A program made the position numbers and the translations under genes. From Lama guanicoe (lineage: Eukaryota), in the NCBI GenBank assembly GCA_013239625.1, contig MU054466.1, forward strand, positions 496,001-560,000: a DNA stretch of 64,000 nt, read 5' to 3'. A model generated the notes under the pieces. The model did no database searches, was not told the origin of the DNA, and saw only the letters and a program-made list of their open reading frames with translations. This document shows positions 57,201-64,000 of this stretch, piece after piece. Numbering within the stretch: position 1 is the first letter of the stretch; the number at the start of each line of letters is the position of its first letter.

Positions 57201-59473
57201 GGCTGCCTGTCAGCAGCACCACGCTGGTGAGGGCCACAGCGGAAACAGGCAGACTCCGGCTGGTGGAGGCGGCCAAAAATAAATCAACATCACAAGGAGA
57301 AGCCAGGGTGCTCACAAACCCCTGGCAGGGAGGAGGCCGGCTTGGGGGCTGCTTGGCCAGCCAAGTGGCGGGACGGAGGCACCACCAGTCTGCCGAAGCC
57401 GCCACTCCAGCTGCCTCGGAATCTAGCGGCACCACCTGCTCCTCTCCCAGAACTGAGATGCCACACTCTGCTTTGTCGAATCACTGGTAGCCAAGTCAAC
57501 ATCTGAATATCTGAAGGCCAGGCCCATGCCCTCAGGCTCACTGCAGGGAAAGCAGGGAAGCGAGTGTGGGGTCCTTCCAGCCTCTGCAGTGGGAGACGTA
57601 GCTGGTCCTTCGTGGGGGAGTCCCCCATCAAAGGGGTGGGGTCAGATGCAGGGTGGGCCAGGGAGTGAAAAGTGGTTTATACAGCCGCCATCCCTCAGCG
57701 CTGTCACCATAGTCTCTGTCACTAGCGCATCTCTGTCCCAACGGCCATCCTGGCCGTCACGCCACCGCCACCGCCTGTACCACCAGTGTCGCCTCTAGCT
57801 TCACCACCACCACAAGTCTCACTCACAAGCTGACCGTGGACAAATACTTTGCATCTAGCATCTCCTGTGACTCACGGAGAAAGCTTTTCACACCGTGGCC
57901 TGCCTTTTACTGCCAAGGCAAGCATGTGAAGGCGGTGTGGCTGAATGGTAGGGCCTGTGATGAGAAGGGCCTGGCTGCTTGTCCTCTGTCATTCCCCAGG
58001 ACCTGACCACATGCCACAGGCGCTCAGGGGTGTTTGCTGAATGCTGGTCCCTTTTCTGCACTGGCCTTGAAGACCCGTACTGCAAGCAGGGGCCCCCAGA
58101 GCCACAGCTGGACCACCCCTCCAGGTGCTAATGGCTGGGCCTGGACAGGAGAGACCCCAGGCCCCTCCCCACCCCTGGGGCCGGACGAGGACTCCCACTG
58201 GTCAGGCACATGGAGCTGTGGGAGCAGTTGCTCTGCCCTGCCTCCACTCCTGCTGGATTCCTGCCCTGCCTCCCATTTCCTTTAAAGTTCAGAAGTTGGG
58301 TGGTGGAAGGGAAGGGGAGGGCGGTGGGCAGGCCAATGTGGGCGGGGCTTGCCCTCCTGCCCCTCATGGCAGCAGACTTGGGCCTCGACCACGTCCCGCT
58401 ACACGCTGCCCATCCCGCATTCGGCAGCTGCCCAGCAGGCCCAAGGCTCAGCTGAGACCTCCCCCAGCTGTCCCGAGAACGACCCCCTTTCTAAGATCCT
58501 AAAGCCAGCAGCCCTGAGCGGGGACTCCATCCCTGGCCCCCGGCCCACCCACCCACACTGCACCCTGCCACCCCCCAGCCAAGGTGCCCCTCCCTGCACG
58601 ACCCCCACGCTGAGAGCTGAGAGCGAGGCCAGCCCTGCAGCCATTACCTTGCCGCACAGACACATAGCGGTGGTTGGCGGCCACCAGCACCACCTGCGGG
58701 TGACTCTCCTCCAGGTCGAAGAGCTCATCTTTGCCGGGCCGCGTGTTCCGGCCAGCCCTGAGCGTGCCTGCTGGCCCCACGGGCGCCAGGTAGCGGCCGT
58801 CGCAGTCCTTGAAGGCCAGCTTGCCCGCCTTGAACTCGAGCGTGTAGCAGGCGCGGGCCTCGGGCTCCCAGACGAGGCGGCCATCGCTGCGCAGGAAGCG
58901 GCTGTCGCAGGACTTGAGGCAGTACTGCCGGTTCTGGAAGATGAGGGTGATGAGTGCGTCCACACCCCATGGCGTGTTGCTGTCCGCCATGATCTCGTCC
59001 TCCCGTGGACACAGGTGCGCGTAGCGCCGCCGGCTCACGCTCAGCAGGTGGGCCTGCGGGTGGATGGCCAGGTGCACAGTCCACAGCTCGGCCGGGGTGA
59101 TGGCCGTGGCGAAGCAGGACAGCTGGTCCTCGGTGCCGCCAAAGAAGCGGCCGTGCGGCTCCGATTGCAGCGCCCAGCGCCCGTCGGGCTGCGGCAGCAC
59201 CAGGAAGCGGCAGTCACGGCCCGGCCGCTCCGCCTCACAGGCCACCCGCCCATCCTCCTCGGCTGACAGGTAGCGGCCCAGGTGACTGCTGCGGAGCAGC
59301 ACGGCTGCGTCCCGCCCTGGCTCAGGCTCCAGCACCCATGTCTGCTTCCTCTTGAGGCTGGGCGCTGAGGCGTTGACCTTGAAGCCGAAGCTCTCAGCTG
59401 TCAGGTAGCGGTCTGTGTCGTTGACAAGGCCAAACTGGATCTTCAGCACCTGGTGCAGGCCGTTGGTGGGCAT
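54072..59473 (-). CDS. FSCN2: fascin-2, retinal/hair-cell actin-bundling protein; complement join(59473-58648,55438-55282,55054-54933,54550-54383,54277-54072), 492 aa
   Basis: 826+157+122+168+206=1479 nt; [36 protein letters not shown]...ALWEY*; all introns GT-AG. Confidence 0.98.
54383..54550 (-). CDS. FSCN2: FSCN2 exon 4
   Basis: accag|GT...G|gtgcgg; [19 protein letters not shown]...DGAYQIR. Confidence 0.95.
54933..55054 (-). CDS. FSCN2: FSCN2 exon 3
   Basis: tccag|C...G|gtgagc; [40 protein letters not shown]. Confidence 0.95.
55282..55438 (-). CDS. FSCN2: FSCN2 exon 2
   Basis: tccag|GG...GT|gtgagt; [30 protein letters not shown]. Confidence 0.95.
55710..55810. promoter_or_regulatory. 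candidate photoreceptor enhancer (CRX + MEF2) in FSCN2 intron 1
   Basis: CTAATCA 55727, TAATCT 55739, CTATTTATAA 55785, CTAAGCC 55802. Confidence 0.55.
58648..59473 (-). CDS. FSCN2: FSCN2 exon 1 coding part
   Basis: ORF 58499-59473; donor CAAG|gtaatg. Confidence 0.96.
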
Positions 59474-59689
59474 CTTCGGTGCTGGCCAAGGTCCCCCAGC
59501 AGGGCCCAGGAAGCGCTCTCTGTGCTCACAGTCCCCGTCGTCCCCCAGAGGCCCGACTCAGCTGGGTTGGCCCACGGGCCCTGGGCCCGGCCGGCGTTAT
59601 GGACCCGCTCGGACGCGGCCTCTAACCAGCGGTCTCAGACCCGGGCAGCTCTTACATGGCCAGCGGGCAGCAGAGGGCGGGTGGGAGGG

Positions 59690-59750
59690 AGGATCAGAGC
59701 TGTGCCGGCTTAGGAACAGCGGCGGCCTTTTGTTACCCCAGCTTGGATTT
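59690..59750 (-). promoter_or_regulatory. FSCN2 proximal promoter with CRX/OTX-type sites
   Basis: On - strand: CTAAGCC (59707-59713), CTGATCC (59691-59697), AAATCC (59745-59750), about 220-280 nt upstream of the ATG. Confidence 0.5.
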
Positions 59751-62193
59751 CAGCCGCTCCCGTCGGCCTGGGGGCCAGAGCCTGGGGCTCACAGGCTGGA
59801 GCATACCACCCGCTGCAGGGCGGACCACCTCCTTGTCCTTGCTGACGGCTGGCTGGCCCCGGCTCGGGAGCTGTGCCCCGCCCTCTGCCCCCTGCCCCTT
59901 CTGGTCTCTCTTCCTTGCTCCCCACCTCGGGTCCCCCAGACCCACTGCGCAGACTGGCCGGCCCAGCCCAGCTCTTTCCCAACGTGGAGAAAGCCGCCTG
60001 GTGGAAAACTCGCCTGTGGCCGCAACCCGATCGCAGCCCTCCACCCTCGGCCACTAGATCTAGTTACTGCTTCTCTGATCCCTGCTGCCAGGAGCGCCGC
60101 AAGGCCCCCCACGGGGCACCTCAGCAGCCCCAGGGCACAGCCTGCAGCCCTGGGTCTGGTGCCTCCCAAGGGTGGCCCGCAGCTGGGAAAGTGGCAGGCA
60201 GGGATGACAGTGCCAGTGTGCGGGCCAGGCACCCCCATCCTGGCATCTGCGGCACCCAGATCCGAGCCAGGCATGGAGAGGCAGCTGCCTGGCTGCGTTC
60301 ATGCTGGCCAGCGGCCTGGCTGTGCCGGGCCCAGGGGAAGGGCTCCTCTGTGATGGGGACCGTGACACCCGCTGCAAAGGTCGCACAGCAGGAGGGTGAC
60401 GTGGGAGCATGGACGTGGAGCAGACGTCATCCCAGTCGCTGGACCCGGGGTGAGAGGGCTGGGCTCTCAGCTGACTCCTGTACTCCGAGCAGCTCTCGGG
60501 GCCGTGAGGTGGCCCCTCCCTCTGTGGGTGAGCTCAGGTGAAGCCAGCCTTGATGGGCGGCTTGGGAACCCCACCCTGCCGTCATGTCTCCGGGGGGAGT
60601 GGCTTGACTACGGGGTCTTCCTGAGTCAGATCTCAAGGCCACAAAAAGCAAAACCTTCTCAGCAGAGGGATGAGGCCAGCAGGCTAGGAGAAGCCAGAGC
60701 TGGCTACCTCTGACCCCGGCACCTCCCAGGCCCAGCCGCTGGGTTAGCCCGGTTACATCCACTCTACCCTGAGACCGAGGGGGCTGTCACTAGGGGCTGC
60801 AGTGGCCCTGCTCAGCCTCATCCTGCCTGTCTGTCTCTTGCACCTGCCTTGGGGGCCAGGAGCCAAGTAGTGAAATCAGAGCGGCCCGTGCTGGGCCATG
60901 GCCAGCCCTGGTGTCCCCTTCCTCATCACAGCCTGTGACCCTCGGGCCTCCCTGGGGACCAGGACTGGAAGCCACAGGGCACGTCCAGCCATGGCCTCCA
61001 GAGTCTTGCCCATCCTCATGGGCGCTTGATGCTCTGGGCATCATCCCTCCATCCCTCTGGAGGCCACGTAGGGTCCAACAGAATGAAAGGGCCTTGGGGT
61101 GGGCATGCATGAGCCCCAGGGGGCAAGTGGGCAGACAAGTGCGTGGGTCCACAGCCAGGCAATGGGCACGGGGTCAGAAGTACCTCCCCCACTCTCCAGG
61201 CCCTGGGCAGTGACCTTGCCAGGCACATGTGGGTGCTGAGAGGAGACCAGGAGACCCCCCTCACTTGGGGGGTTCACGTTGGGGTTTGGGGAGACAGGCC
61301 TGTATACAAATCCCCATGGCAACGTGGCACCCGCCATGGGTCAGCTGAGCGAGGTGCTGATCCTGGCTCTCCCTGCAGGCTAGTGTCGCCCACCTCTGTC
61401 ACTCGCACGTGTTTATGGGGCCTTGAGTGCGTGCCTGGCTAGGCTGCGTGCCGGGCACCTCATGGTAGTGAGATGCAGTCTGGGGTTGCATCCCCTCTCT
61501 GGACATGATGCCCACAGAACTTTCCCCCAAATTCCCAGGGGACTGGGGGCCCAGGCCTTGATGCCAGAGAAGTGTCCTGGTTTGGGGCTCATCTGTGCTG
61601 GGGGGCTCTTGGGCAGCTGTGCCCGTGGCCACCCCTAGGCAGGGGCACTGGTCACTCCTCTGCACCCCCAACTCCCAACCAGGCTGCGAAGGAGCCCAGC
61701 GCATCCAGATCAGTGTGACGCTCTTGTTAATCAGCACTGGCTGGTGCTGGCCAGGCACTCGTGGGCATCACGTGCCCAGCGGGAGGAAGCCCAGCGCCGG
61801 GCGCTAAGCCGACCTGGCTTCAGGCAGCCCCTCAGCGGCAGAGCCAGCTGTGCCTGTGGCCTCTCAATTCCAGGGTCCCGCAGCCCCAGGTGAGGGTGGG
61901 GTGGGGCTGCCTGGCACTGACCCTGGGCATGAGCCATGAGGTGGCCTTTCTGGCCCCCAGGGGACTCTGAGGGGTGGGCCTTCTAGCCCAGGAGGGAGGT
62001 GGTTTGTACAGACATGGGGGGACATCCTTGGAGGGAGGGGGTTTGCACGGAGGTTCCCCCCGCTTCAGGATCTGAGGTCCTTGCCCAGCTGCCTGCTAGG
62101 GTCATGGACTCCCTCTGGGTCCCCCGCAGGGTCCTGGTGTTTGATGTGGGGGTTCCTGTGTGATGGGCTGAGCCTCTGCAGATAGACGCTGCA

Positions 62194-62283
62194 GTGAGCA
62201 TGTGCGTCCGGGCCTGTGTGTGTGTGTGTGTGTGTGTGTGAGCATGTGCGTCCGGGCGTGTGTGTGTGTGTGTGTGTGTGTGT
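62194..62283. repeat. compound (TG)n microsatellite with duplicated spacer
   Basis: agcatgtgcgtccgggc + (TG)n, twice. Confidence 0.9.
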
Positions 62284-64000
62284 AGGTCAGGGGAAGCACA
62301 CACAGACAGGGACCGGGCAGAGTGAGCCGCGGCCACGTGCTGGGCCAGCCCCAGCCTGGAGGTGCTGCCCTGGGTCCCAGCCTCAGAGCCCACTCGTGGC
62401 CACCCAGTAGGGCCATCAGGCTGTGCACAGCACAAGGGATTCAGTTTCAGGGACACCACTCACACCCAGGTGTGTACAATTATGAGAGCCTGGGGTGGGC
62501 TGGGAGCTCCAGCCCCGTGGCAGCGTCCTCAGGCAACGGGGGGTACCCCTCTCGTAGGACCCCAGGCAACCCTTTGGCCATGCCCCCTGCCCAACCACCA
62601 CCCACTTGGGGTGCACAAACCTGCCCACCACTGCCCTGTGCAGCCGGCACTCTGGAGCATCCTAAGTCCCTGCCACTCCGGGAGCCTCTTTCCCCTGCCC
62701 CTGCTCTGGTGGGGACATGTCCCCAGTGTGTGCCCACTTCCTGGACCAGGCTTGGGCACAGATGTCAGGCCACCCAGCATGCCAGCTTAATCACATTTGG
62801 AGAAGTGTGCCTTTTCCTGAGGCAAGCAGCGCCTCTAGCCCCCACTTCAGGGAGTGGCTGCCCGCAGATGGACACAGCAGATGGACCCTTCTGGTGTCCG
62901 GGGGGTCCAGAAGGTAGGGTTTGCCTCAGCTGTCAGAAGCCGCCAGCAGACAAGGCCTCCTGCCCCTCTTAGTGTCCAGCCGGGGCCAGGAGCAGAGAGG
63001 GCCTTAAAGCCCCCAGGCCCCTGGCATCAGCCCGAGCTCTCAGGAAACTGTTCCTTACCCGGGGTGCTGGAGGATGAGCAGGCCTGGCCATGGAGGGTCC
63101 CCCTCCCACTCCACCCAGTCAGGCCCCTCTGGGGCCACCAGGGAAAGGACCCCCACCCCTGCATGTCCAGACCACTGGCCCTAGATGCTAGAGCCCAGCC
63201 TGGACTCCTGCCAGCAGGCTGCCGGCTGCCATGGTGACCGGCTCATGCTCCAGGCTCGGTGTCCCGGCAACGCCGACGCTGGTTGTGACCTGCACACGCT
63301 GTGTGTGTGCGCGGGCTGGGGGAGGGGCCGCTCCCCACCTCCGCTGGCCTGGAGCCCTGGAAACTGGGAAATAGCCCAGGGTGGAGGCTGGGGCGGCCCT
63401 ACTGGCTGAGGGACCTCCATAGGCCACATCTGTCCCAGACTCAGGTCTGGACCCCCTACTCTGAGCAATGGCCAGACAGACCCTTCCCACAGGGCAGCAA
63501 GTCTCTGGGAACTACTCCCAGAGGAAATCCCTGCCCCCTCCCCAGAGCCTGCGCCTCAGCCCCGGGCCCTGACCAGCTGCTGCTCCAGCTGGCACTCCTG
63601 TCCACCCCACCGCACCCCGGGGGCTCTGCCCCTTCCAGGACTGGCTCCTCTGGCCAGCCCCCTGCTGGGCCCCTGCCCCTGGGCTCCTCGCGCCACAAAG
63701 TGACGGCCACCCTGCTGGTCCCGGTGCTGCTGGGCACATCCCAGAGCCCTGATTTCCTCACCCGTGGGCCCATCACCTGCTCCCAGGGTCCAGCTTGGCA
63801 GGCGCCCAGGGCCCAGCCTCCTGCCTAGTTCCTGAAACAGTCCCCCAGCTTGGTGTCCTCATGATTTTTTCATGGCGGAGCGCTCTGCCGCCCCGCAGTT
63901 CCACTTACACGGGCGGGCAGGGGCCACGCTTCTTTTACTCGGGCTGGGGTTGGTTTACCGAAGGCCTGCAGGTGGTTTAGGGTGACAGCTCCCCTCAGCA

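Overview
GC-rich mammalian genomic DNA, most likely a camelid (alpaca/camel), judging by a tRNA-Ala-derived Vic-1-type SINE. It is the conserved NPLOC4 - FAAP100 - FSCN2 block (human 17q25.3 synteny). All three genes were reconstructed by hand with consistent splice phases. NPLOC4 (+) has exons 2-17 in the window (CDS 216-37388; exon 1 lies upstream; 608 aa if exon 1 supplies the usual 5 codons). FAAP100 (+) has 9 exons (42460-51269, 878 aa) with one GC-AG intron and a CpG-island promoter interrupted by a 99-N gap. FSCN2 (-) has 5 exons (59473-54072, 492 aa) and is convergent with FAAP100. Nearly all other ORFs in the track are GC-rich shadow ORFs. I found no new protein-coding system. The notable signals are non-coding: (1) an AT-rich PBX-HOX/MEIS motif island in NPLOC4 intron 12; (2) a CRX+MEF2 motif cluster in FSCN2 intron 1; (3) a tandem duplication of what looks like FAAP100's non-canonical poly(A) cassette; (4) a 32-bp GC-box repeat plus a 13-bp inverted repeat in the FAAP100 promoter; (5) several latent splice configurations; (6) an ERVL pol-like relic upstream of FAAP100. 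Repeat-family names come from recalled consensus sequences and need RepeatMasker/Dfam confirmation.
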